Below the pieces are notes generated by a model. That model was not told where the DNA came from and ran no database searches. It saw only the letters and a program-made list of their open reading frames with translations. The position numbers and the translations under genes are program-made. From Bacillota bacterium (GTDB lineage Bacteria > Bacillota > Sulfobacillia > JAJYWN01 > JAJZPE01), in NCBI GenBank assembly GCA_021787335.1, contig JAJYMC010000040.1:8314-72313 (forward strand): a stretch of DNA of 64,000 nt, in the 5' to 3' direction. Below, piece by piece: positions 27,437 to 35,509 of the stretch; the stretch's first letter is position 1, and each line of letters opens with the position of its first letter.

Positions 27437-30400
27437 CTAATCCGCCACGTTCTCGCCTTTCAGATACTCCACCATCTTCGGGGCCAGCCGCGGGGCGACC
27501 TCGGCCAGCATGCCCGGCATGATCCGGCCCATGACCACCGGGAGCATGCCCGGCAGGTTCTTCTCCATGTCCGCGGGCATGTCGGGGATGGCCTTCTTCA
27601 TCAGCTCCATGACCTTGGGCATGAGCTTCGGCATCATCCCGGGGAAGAGCATCGGCATCAGCATCGGAATCATCTTTTCCATGGCCCCCAGGGCCGGGTC
27701 GCGGACGATCGCCGGCATGCCGGCCACCCCGTTCATCATCCCCTGCATCGCGCCGGGCATGGCCTTCATGATCTCGGGCATCATGTCGCCCATCATCTTG
27801 ACGATGCCGTCGGAGTTCATTATCTCGATGGCCTTCTTGAAGACGCTCCACATGTAGATGGTGTTCTCGGTGGTATTCCGGACCTCGTAGCCGAGGGCTT
27901 CGGCGACGAGCGCGGAGAAGTCGATGATGGGCAGGTCGCGGCCGGTCGAGTCGCCGCCCACGCGGAGCTGGAACTCGCAGCACGGGCAGGTGGTCGCCAG
28001 GACCTCGGCGCCTACGCCGATGGCCTCGTCGAGCCGGTCGGCGACGATCCGGTCGGACACGTTGAAGTCGCTGATCCGGGTGAGGACGCTGCCGCAGCAC
28101 TTGCCGTCCTCGCGGTTGGTCGTGCAGTCGACGTACTTGACCCCGGGGATGGCCTTCAGGGCCTCCCGCGGCGGCTCGTATATGCCGCCGTGTCGGCCGA
28201 TGTGGCAGGAGTCGTGCCAGCTGATGGTCTTCTCGATGGGCTTCTTGAACTTCAGCTTGCCTGCCTGGATCAGCTCGTTGGTGACCTCGGTGATGTGGCG
28301 GATCTTGATGTCGAAGGGGATGCCGAGCTTCTTGGCCGTCGCCGGGTAGTAGTGGGTCCAGCCGACCCAGCAGCCCGGGCAGGAGACGACGATCTCCTTG
28401 ACCCCGCGCTTGTTCATCTCGGTCAGGTTGTGCTTGACGACCATCTCGTACTCGGGGGTCAGGCCGGCGACGGCCATCGGCACGCCGCAGCAGGCCTCGT
28501 CCTTGCCGAGGTAGGTGAAGTCGACCTCGCCGTCCTTGAGGATGCGCACGGCGTTCTCGGCGATCTCCGACTCGACGAAGGAGGCGGTACAGCCGGCCCA
28601 GTAGGCCACCGGGGCCTTGTCCTTGATGACCGGGCGGACGTCCTCGGGGACCCAGGCGTCGCGCTCCGAGCGGCTCGCCGCCCAGATGTTGAGGTCCTGC
28701 TTGAGGCTGGCGCTCATCATCTCGAAGGCCGGGAAGGTGGCGTATTCGAGGTCCTGGACGAGGATGGGACGGATCTGGTCCCACAGCTCCTGGATGGGCA
28801 GGTGGACCATGCACACCGGGTTACACCTCTTGCAGGTCGTGCACATCAGGAAATTCTTGACCATCGCCTGGTCCAGGTTGGCCTTACCGCGGAGGTAGTC
28901 GCGCAGGAAGGACCACTTGCCGCGGGGCGAGGCGGTCTCCCAGCCCATCCCGAGGTGCAGGGTGCAGGTGTCGACGCAGTAGCCGCAGCCGGCGCAGGCG
29001 AAGGCGGCGTTGGTGAGCTTCTCGGCCAGGCGCCGCTTCATGTGCGGCCGGTCGGAGAGGAACCTCTCGGCCAGGGGCACCACGGCCTGGCCGACGCGGG
29101 CGGCCTTCATCGCCGTGCGGAGGAGGGCCGGGTTGCCGTTGCCGGCGATGAGCTTGCCGGGGTTGAAGACGTTCTTCGGGTCCAGCTCGGCCTTGGCCGT
29201 CTTGAGGCTCCGCAGGTGATCAGGCCCGAAGGCTTCCTTGGCCTCGTCGGTGAAGTAGAGGCCGACCGAGTAGGCCCGGCCGCCGTGCTTCTTGCTGATG
29301 TCCATCATGATGAGGGACTTGGCGAAACCCATGGTGTAGGCCCAGGTGCGCTGGTCGTGGAGGAGGAAGCACAAGAGGGCGACCTCGCCCTTGCCGACCA
29401 GGGAGCCCTCGATGGAGATGCCCTCGAGGCGGCGGGCGCCTTCCTCGATGACCTTGGCCACGGCCTTCAGCGGGACGATGGCCTCGCTGGGGATGAGCGA
29501 CGGGCCGATGCGCTTCAGGCGCATGGGATAGAACCGCTCACTCCACTCGTGGCGGGCGGCCTTCTCATCAAGCCAGTCCCCGCCGGCGGCGGCGACGATC
29601 TCCTTCAGGGCCGGGACGACGGCCGCGTCGCGGTCGGCCGGGAAAACGAACATGGCCAGGTGCTTGCCCTTGGGGATGCCCGGGCGGATGAGGCCGGTCT
29701 CTTGAGTGTGGGCGGCGCCGGCCACTCGGGCCTCGGCCTCCTCGGCCTCGGCGATTTCCTCGGCCTCTTCCTTCGTCTTCAGGAACTGGGCGGTGTTGAA
29801 GCTGACGTGCCAGATGGGCAGGTCGCGGCGGCCGACCTCCTCGACGACCTCGACGAGCTTCGCCAGGTCGGAGAAGGCGGCCACCATGACCGTCTCCTCG
29901 TCGAGCTTGCGAAGCTTCAGGGTGACCTCGGCGATGAAACCGGTGGTGCCCTCGGCCCGGTTGACCAGGTCGAGGTCGGCGCCGGTCATCGTCCGGACCT
30001 CGCCGGCCGGGGTGACCAGCTTGACCGAGACGACGTTGTCAGCGATGAAACCGAATTCGTAAGAGCCGATGCCCGAGCCGCCCTCGGCGACCCAGCCGCC
30101 GACGGTGGAGCCGGGGGCGCTGGTCGGATAGAGCCGCAGGGCCAAGCCCTCGGGCTTGAGGGCCTTCTCGAGGTTGGCCCAGATGACGCCGGGCTCGACG
30201 GTGACGGTGAGATTCCCGCGGTCGAAGGACAGGACATGGTTCATCCGGCGGAAGGCCACGACGACGCCGGCCTTGGCCGGGACGCTGCCGCCGTAGCCGC
30301 TGGTGGCGGCCCCGCGCGGGACGACCGGAAGCCCTTCACGCGTGGCCAGCTTGGCCAGGAAGACGAGGTCGTCGAGGTTCTCCGGCTGGACGACCGCGTC

Positions 30401-30538
30401 GGCCAGGTTGTCGAGCATCATCTCGACCACGTCCGGCAGGTTGCCCACGTCGCGCGAGTAGACAAGGCGTTCGTTACGGTCGAAGCGGGCTCTTTCGCCG
30501 AATCGATTCTCCAGCTCCTTTTTCACTCGTTCGTTCAT
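27437..30538 (-). CDS. Fused FAD-binding (GlcD-like) and Fe-S/CCG-domain (GlcF/GlpC/HdrD-like) oxidoreductase with Met-rich C-terminal extension
   Basis: FAD_binding_4-like N-terminus (VVPRGAATSGYGGSVP), two CxxCxxCxxxC clusters (CAGCGYCVDTC, CTTCKRCNPVC), and two CCG motifs. The last roughly 125 aa are about 22 percent Met. Confidence 0.85.
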   Translation of the reverse strand: MNERVKKELENRFGERARFDRNERLVYSRDVGNLPDVVEMMLDNLADAVVQPENLDDLVFLAKLATREGLPVVPRGAATSGYGGSVPAKAGVVVAFRRMNHVLSFDRGNLTVTVEPGVIWANLEKALKPEGLALRLYPTSAPGSTVGGWVAEGGSGIGSYEFGFIADNVVSVKLVTPAGEVRTMTGADLDLVNRAEGTTGFIAEVTLKLRKLDEETVMVAAFSDLAKLVEVVEEVGRRDLPIWHVSFNTAQFLKTKEEAEEIAEAEEAEARVAGAAHTQETGLIRPGIPKGKHLAMFVFPADRDAAVVPALKEIVAAAGGDWLDEKAARHEWSERFYPMRLKRIGPSLIPSEAIVPLKAVAKVIEEGARRLEGISIEGSLVGKGEVALLCFLLHDQRTWAYTMGFAKSLIMMDISKKHGGRAYSVGLYFTDEAKEAFGPDHLRSLKTAKAELDPKNVFNPGKLIAGNGNPALLRTAMKAARVGQAVVPLAERFLSDRPHMKRRLAEKLTNAAFACAGCGYCVDTCTLHLGMGWETASPRGKWSFLRDYLRGKANLDQAMVKNFLMCTTCKRCNPVCMVHLPIQELWDQIRPILVQDLEYATFPAFEMMSASLKQDLNIWAASRSERDAWVPEDVRPVIKDKAPVAYWAGCTASFVESEIAENAVRILKDGEVDFTYLGKDEACCGVPMAVAGLTPEYEMVVKHNLTEMNKRGVKEIVVSCPGCWVGWTHYYPATAKKLGIPFDIKIRHITEVTNELIQAGKLKFKKPIEKTISWHDSCHIGRHGGIYEPPREALKAIPGVKYVDCTTNREDGKCCGSVLTRISDFNVSDRIVADRLDEAIGVGAEVLATTCPCCEFQLRVGGDSTGRDLPIIDFSALVAEALGYEVRNTTENTIYMWSVFKKAIEIMNSDGIVKMMGDMMPEIMKAMPGAMQGMMNGVAGMPAIVRDPALGAMEKMIPMLMPMLFPGMMPKLMPKVMELMKKAIPDMPADMEKNLPGMLPVVMGRIMPGMLAEVAPRLAPKMVEYLKGENVAD

Positions 30539-30822
30539 GGTCGGACCTCCTTCGCCTTATGCAAGTTTTGTCTTGTGAAAATGGAGAGTCATGCGGGCTG
30601 GGCGTTTCTGCCTCTTTGTGAAGGAGAGCACTTTCTCTTTCCTTCCTACATCATATCTGCCCACCGATTTTACTACAATACTGTTCTTCGCTTTCGCTAG
30701 TAGTGAAAACAGCGGATAACTCCCCAGCTACATCGAGTGCCGTCCGAAGCCGCCCGGCTCGGTTTCGCTCATGAAGAAGGTCTGCCGCCCCCGGAGGGCG
30801 AAAACAAATAGGCCCGCAACGG

Positions 30823-30886
30823 GACAGGCCGCCATCGAGACAGGCCGGCATCAAGACAGGCCGGCATCAAGACAGGCCGGCATTGA
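30823..30886. repeat. Four tandem 16-bp direct repeats GACAGGCCGGCATCAA in a divergent promoter region
   Basis: Read directly. The units are at 30823, 30839, 30855 and 30871, with 1-2 mismatches in the outer units. Confidence 0.9.
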
Positions 30887-30910
30887 GAACGAGGAAGGAG
30901 CACCGCCCCG

Positions 30911-31378
30911 ATGACCATCGAGATCCGCCGGGCGACGCCGGAAGACGCGCCCCTCGTCCAACACCTGCTGCATCAGGCTTACGCCGCCAACGCGGCGGCC
31001 GGCTTCAATTTCACCGCGGCCACCGTCGACCTGGACAAGGTCGTCGAGACCTTCACGTATGCCGACATCTACCTGCTCTTCGAGGGCGACGCGCCGCGAG
31101 GCACGGTCACCGTCTTCAACGACGGGAACATCGGTTGGTTCGGGGTCCTCCCCCAGCGCCGCGGGCTCGGCCATGGGCGCCGCCTCCTGGGTTTCGCCGA
31201 GGAGCGCGTCCGGGCGATGGGCAAGGACCGAGCCTACCTGAATACTCCGGTCAACCATCCTTGGCTACCCGCCTTCTACCGCCGCTGCGGGTTCGTGGCC
31301 GTTCGCGTGGTCCACTACCCTGGCAAGAACTACGACTCAGAGGAGTTCGAGAAGCCCCTGCCGCCGCGGGCGGGATGA
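30911..31378 (+). CDS. GNAT-family N-acetyltransferase
   Basis: QRRGLGHGRRLL acetyl-CoA motif, with a GAAGGAG RBS. Confidence 0.8.
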   Translation: MTIEIRRATPEDAPLVQHLLHQAYAANAAAGFNFTAATVDLDKVVETFTYADIYLLFEGDAPRGTVTVFNDGNIGWFGVLPQRRGLGHGRRLLGFAEERVRAMGKDRAYLNTPVNHPWLPAFYRRCGFVAVRVVHYPGKNYDSEEFEKPLPPRAG

Positions 31379-31390
31379 CCACGACGCCAA

Positions 31391-31418
31391 AGGCCCGAAG
31401 CTCACGCGCTTCGGGCCT
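31391..31418. terminator. Hairpin between the convergent GNAT and triple-HTH genes
   Basis: AGGCCCGAAGC-tcacgc-GCTTCGGGCCT, a perfect 11-bp stem. Confidence 0.6.
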
Positions 31419-31448
31419 CAGACTTGGACGGCCGGTCGTGGGGACGGC

Positions 31449-32219
31449 TCAGTGCATATCCGACCGCTTGAACAAGTCGATGAAGTGAAGGATGAAGCGG
31501 AGCTGCTTGCCGTCGAGGTGGCAGATGGACCGGATGATGGTCTGCACGCTCGGATCGATGAGGAGCTTGCGGAGGTCCTGGCCCATCGAGTGGATCATGT
31601 CCTCGACCCCCTCGCGCTCCATGACCAGGTAGCACGGGGACACCCCGAGGGCGGCGGCCAACTTCTCGACGGTCTTCAGGGACGGCTGGACGATGCCCGC
31701 CTCGACCTGCGTGACCATGGCCGGTGAAATGCCGGCCCGCGCGGCCAGCTCCTTCTGGGACAGGCTGAGGGTCTCGCGTGTCAGGCGGACCTTCTCGCCC
31801 AGCGTGTTCGTGGGGTTGAGGATGAGCGAGATGGGCAGCTCGAGGACACGGGCCACGTTGCGGAGGGTCTCCACCGACGGGTCGACCTGGCTGCGCTCGA
31901 TGTCGCTAAGGTGGCTCGGGGAGATGCCGGCCCGCATGGCCACGTCGTTCAGGGTCAGCTTGCGGTCCTCGCGTTGCAGGCGCAGCTTGTCACCCAAGGA
32001 CAGGCCCTCGTCGACGGCCTCCTGCGGGACCAGAGCGCTCCTGGGGACGTTCAGGGCGACCGAGAGCCGGTCGATGGCCCGGACCGATGGTGTCTTGCGG
32101 TTGCGCTCGATCTCGCTCAGGTAGGACACGGAGATCTGAGCCCGCGCGCCCAGTTGCGTCAGGGTATAGCCGCGCTCTTCGCGCAGTTTCCTCAGGCCCT
32201 GGCCGATCTCGACCGGCAT
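31449..32219 (-). CDS. Transcriptional regulator with three tandem XRE-type HTH domains
   Basis: Three repeats of the pattern L(R/T)..R....L(T/S)(Q/L).(E/D)LA.RAGIS.S.(L/V)S.IE. Confidence 0.8.
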   Translation of the reverse strand: MPVEIGQGLRKLREERGYTLTQLGARAQISVSYLSEIERNRKTPSVRAIDRLSVALNVPRSALVPQEAVDEGLSLGDKLRLQREDRKLTLNDVAMRAGISPSHLSDIERSQVDPSVETLRNVARVLELPISLILNPTNTLGEKVRLTRETLSLSQKELAARAGISPAMVTQVEAGIVQPSLKTVEKLAAALGVSPCYLVMEREGVEDMIHSMGQDLRKLLIDPSVQTIIRSICHLDGKQLRFILHFIDLFKRSDMH

Positions 32220-32265
32220 CGTTCACCACTCCCCTCATCGTCTCCGCTGTTGCTCGCCGCTCATA

Positions 32266-33090
32266 TCATATCCGGCGACCCGTCCCCGGCGCAAGGTCCG
32301 GCCCGGTCCGCCGCCGGGGCGGGCCGCTCGGGCGCCCGGGCCGCCTCAGGCGCACCGCCAAGGCCAGGCTGAGGGCCAGCACTCCGAGGCTGAAGGCCTG
32401 AGTGACGGTGAGCCAGCCCCAGAGGTATTCGGCCTCGCGGACGAAGTCGGTGGCGAAGCGGACCGCCGCGTAGAGGGCAAGGTAGACCAAGAATCGCTGC
32501 CCTTCAGGGGTGCTGCGACCATCCGCCCGGCCGGGGGTCCCCCGCCAGGCCGGCAGCATCAGCAGCCCGAAGATGGCCAGGTCCAGCGCGGCCTCCAGGG
32601 GCTGGGCCGGGAAACGCAGCCCATCGGCCAGCGTCGTGACGATGCCCCAGGGGCCCGCCGCGGGATGCCCGTAGCAGCAGCCCCTGAGGGTGCACCCGAC
32701 CCGGCCGATGGCCGAGCCGAGGGCCATCCCCGGGGCCATCACATCAAGGTACGACAAAACGGGCCGTCCCCGGCGCCGGGCGGTCCAGAAGACGGCCGCC
32801 AGGCCACCGAGGAGGGCCCCATAACCAGAGAGTCCGCCTTCGAAGATGGAAAACGCGCTGAGCGGGTCGGCCCGGTAGGCGGGCCACTCGACCAGCACAT
32901 AGAGCAGCCTGGCGCCGACGAAACCGGCGATGGCGGCAAGGAGCGAGAGGTTCAGGATCTCGACCGCGGGGAGCCTGCGGCGCCGCCCCTCGGCGATGGT
33001 CACAAGGACGCCGGCGACCACCGCCAGGTCGAGGAAGAAGCCCCACGAATAGACCGCCAGGGGGCCGATCTCGAAGAGGACGGGCCGCAC
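32266..33090 (-). CDS. lgt: Prolipoprotein diacylglyceryl transferase
   Basis: Typical Lgt N-terminus (FEIGPLAVYSWGFF) and multi-TM pattern, followed by a basic C-terminal tail. Confidence 0.9.
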   Translation of the reverse strand: MRPVLFEIGPLAVYSWGFFLDLAVVAGVLVTIAEGRRRRLPAVEILNLSLLAAIAGFVGARLLYVLVEWPAYRADPLSAFSIFEGGLSGYGALLGGLAAVFWTARRRGRPVLSYLDVMAPGMALGSAIGRVGCTLRGCCYGHPAAGPWGIVTTLADGLRFPAQPLEAALDLAIFGLLMLPAWRGTPGRADGRSTPEGQRFLVYLALYAAVRFATDFVREAEYLWGWLTVTQAFSLGVLALSLALAVRLRRPGRPSGPPRRRTGPDLAPGTGRRI

Positions 33091-33099
33091 GCCGCGGTC

Positions 33100-33657
33100 C
33101 TACTTGGCCGCGTCGACGATGCCGCGGACGATCTGGTCGACCTCCGCCGGCACCTCCCCGAGGGATGACCCGGGGAAGAACGACGCGAGCAGCATCGGCC
33201 TGAGGGCGCTGATGTAGGTCCGGCCTTCCTTCGTAAAGACATTGATCTTGCAGGGCAGGAAGAGCCCGATGTCGATGTCCGACGTCAGGACGCGGTTGGC
33301 GTACTTGGCGTTGCAGATCTCGATGATCTTGAGCGGTTCGCGCTCGAAGCCCTTCTCCTTCAGCGTCGCCTGGACGTCGTGGACGTGCAGGACGCGGAAG
33401 CCCCGCTCGGCAGTCTTGTCCTCGACGGCGGCCACGGCCTCATCGAACGACTTCCCGGTGGTCACCGTGTACTTCATCTCGGGCACGTTCTCGACCGTCG
33501 AGGAGTCCTTCTCGGCCCGCAGCCGCCGCAGTTTGTCCTCGAGATCGTCCAGCTCGCGGGCCATCCCCGGCTTCAGGGAGTGGGCCGGCAGCCGCGAACG
33601 CAGTTCGGCCAGGTCGGTCTCGGTCTTGGCGATTTCGGCGTCGATGTCCCGGTTCAT
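33100..33657 (-). CDS. DUF302-domain protein with N-terminal coiled-coil extension
   Basis: DUF302-like core (FRVLHVHDVQATLKEKGF..PLKIIEICN..LPCKINVF) preceded by about 60 aa of charged helix. Confidence 0.7.
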   Translation of the reverse strand: MNRDIDAEIAKTETDLAELRSRLPAHSLKPGMARELDDLEDKLRRLRAEKDSSTVENVPEMKYTVTTGKSFDEAVAAVEDKTAERGFRVLHVHDVQATLKEKGFEREPLKIIEICNAKYANRVLTSDIDIGLFLPCKINVFTKEGRTYISALRPMLLASFFPGSSLGEVPAEVDQIVRGIVDAAK

Positions 33658-34040
33658 CAGACGACCTCCTTGATTCCCCGGGCCCGGACCTCGTTGACGA
33701 TGGTCCGCCAGGCCACGGGGGCCTCCGGCAGGACCCGCCCGTCGACCATCAGCAGGGGCAGCGAGACCTGCCGTTCCTGTATCATCTCCAACACCTTCGG
33801 GTAGCTATCCATCCGCTGGTCATCCACGTCGACATAGGTCACCCGGACCCGGCCGTTGTACTGGCGGTCCAAGATCTCACTGTACTGCTCGGTGATCTCC
33901 TCCTGAGATCGCGTCGGCCCTCAGCCGCCCGAGAAACAGGAGTCGCTCACCCGCGAACCGAAGACGACGAACTCGACCTCGGCCGGCAGCTTGGGTCCGC
34001 TTTCGGCCGGCGGCGCGGGGCGACGGTCTCTGAAGAACAT
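33657..34040 (-). CDS. ArsD/YuzD-like thioredoxin-fold protein interrupted by one in-frame TGA (33921-33923): selenoprotein candidate or pseudogene
   Basis: The ATG at 34040 lies behind an AAGGAGGG RBS. Track ORFs 33921..34142 and 33657..33872 are in the same frame, separated only by the TGA. The joined product reads VEFVVFGS..SCFSGG[TGA]GPTRSQEE...LPLLMVDG. The downstream part has no ATG of its own. Confidence 0.4.
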
Positions 34041-34134
34041 GGAAACCCTCCTTGGAATGAACGCAAGTGGAGAGGCGTGTGGCTGACGAGCCCGGGAGCG
34101 AGAGGCGGGCGCACGGCCCAGCTCAGGCCGGGCC

Positions 34135-34362
34135 TCAGCCAAAGCCGCAGGAGCCCGAGGACGAACCGGCGTCGGAACCGGCCGAGCCGCTCGACCCCGC
34201 GCCGGCCTTGGCGCCGGCTTTGACGAGGATGTGCCCGGAGTAGTCCTGACGGATGTTCTTGGTGCCGCATTCGGGGCAGGTCACGCCGTCCTTCTCTTTG
34301 ATCGAGACGGTGACGCTGAAGCGGTGCCCGCAGTCGCGGCAGGCGAAGTCATAGGTCGGCAC
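34135..34362 (-). CDS. FmdB-family zinc-ribbon protein
   Basis: A GTG start behind an AGGAGG RBS gives (M)PTYDFACRDCGHRF....CPECG, followed by a Gly/Ser/Ala-rich tail. Confidence 0.75.
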   Translation of the reverse strand: MPTYDFACRDCGHRFSVTVSIKEKDGVTCPECGTKNIRQDYSGHILVKAGAKAGAGSSGSAGSDAGSSSGSCGFG

Positions 34363-34385
34363 GTGATAGGCCTCCTGAAAACGAT

Positions 34386-34452
34386 GGTGGCGCGTCATAC
34401 CCACGGGGGTATCCGCGCCACCATTCTATCTCGATGCGGAGGGAACTGTCAA
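34386..34452 (-). promoter_or_regulatory. Sigma-70-type promoter (TTGACA-18-TAGAAT) with an abutting long palindrome whose core is ATACCCCCGTGGGTAT
   Basis: On the minus strand the -35 is at 34452-34447 and the -10 at 34428-34423. The palindrome GGTGGCGCGGATACCCCCGTGGGTATGACGCGCCACC spans 34422-34386, followed by ATCGTTTTC and the RBS. Confidence 0.5.
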
Positions 34453-34511
34453 GCGGCTCTCAGACGGCTTCTCAAGCGGCTTTTAAGGCGGCTCTGAAGC
34501 GGGCTCACCGT

Positions 34512-35207
34512 CTAGCGTGGGGTCTTTTTGCCCGGCCTCGACGAAATCAGCTTGATGATGCCGCCCGGTCCGAAACTCTCGACCGAGTCGATGGTCATCC
34601 CCGCCAGTCGCACGTTCTCGACCGTCCGGCGGTTGATGTTGGCCCCCACCACCCGGACGACGAGGGGGTTCATCCGGTCCATGATCGACCCGGCCAGCCC
34701 CAGGGCCCGGACGTGCTCAAGCATGATGACCCGTCCGTCGGGGCGGCAGACCCTGGCGACTTCTCTGAGCCCGGCCACCGGGTCGGGCACCGAGCAGAAG
34801 ACGAAGGTGTCGACCACGGTGTCGAAGCTGTCATCCGGGAAGGGCAGGGCCTGGGCGTCGGCCAGGAGCAGGCGGACGTCCACCTGAGTCGGGGTCGGGG
34901 CCGGGGGCGTGGCCTTCGTCGCAGGCTGAGCCGCGTCCAGCCGCCGCTTCGCCCGTTCGAGCATCTTCGGGGAGACGTCGACCGCCGTCACCCGGGTCCC
35001 TGGCCGGTAGAAGGGGATGTTCCTGCCGGTTCCCACGCCGACCTCGAGGACCTCGCCGCTCGTCTGATCGAAAATCTTCCTGCGCCATTCCGGCCGCCCC
35101 ATGCGGTCAAAGAAGTCATAGATGGCGGAAATGCGATCGTAGCGCCGGCTGACGGGGCGGCTTGAAGGGAGGACCCGGTCTTCGGTGGCCCCCGTCATCG
35201 GGCTCAC
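34512..35207 (-). CDS. Class I SAM-dependent methyltransferase
   Basis: Motif I VLEVGVGTGRN. There is a 4-nt overlap with the upstream gene. Confidence 0.8.
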   Translation of the reverse strand: MSPMTGATEDRVLPSSRPVSRRYDRISAIYDFFDRMGRPEWRRKIFDQTSGEVLEVGVGTGRNIPFYRPGTRVTAVDVSPKMLERAKRRLDAAQPATKATPPAPTPTQVDVRLLLADAQALPFPDDSFDTVVDTFVFCSVPDPVAGLREVARVCRPDGRVIMLEHVRALGLAGSIMDRMNPLVVRVVGANINRRTVENVRLAGMTIDSVESFGPGGIIKLISSRPGKKTPR

Positions 35208-35509
35208 TCCTTCCGGGCCAGGCTCTGCTGGGCGTTCGGCGGCGCGCTCAGGTCAGTCGAGCAGGACGGGCAGTAGCGCCAGTCGGGACTGACCGGCTGG
35301 CCGCATTTCGGGCACGTCCGCCGGAGGGTCTGGCCGCAGTGCGGACAGATTTGGAAGTTCTCCTGGATCGTGGCCCCGCAGTGCTGGCAGCGCGCATTCT
35401 CCCATGGCCAGTTGCGCGGGTGGTGATAGCCGCCGGACGTGCGGGCGGCGTTGTCCTCCATGACCCGCCAGATCAGCCAGGCCCCCAGCACCAGGAAGAG
35501 GAGCATCAT
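35204..35509 (-). CDS. Membrane-anchored double zinc-ribbon protein
   Basis: N-terminal TM helix followed by CQHCG..CPHCG and CPKCG..CPSC pairs. Confidence 0.65.
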   Translation of the reverse strand: MMLLFLVLGAWLIWRVMEDNAARTSGGYHHPRNWPWENARCQHCGATIQENFQICPHCGQTLRRTCPKCGQPVSPDWRYCPSCSTDLSAPPNAQQSLARKE

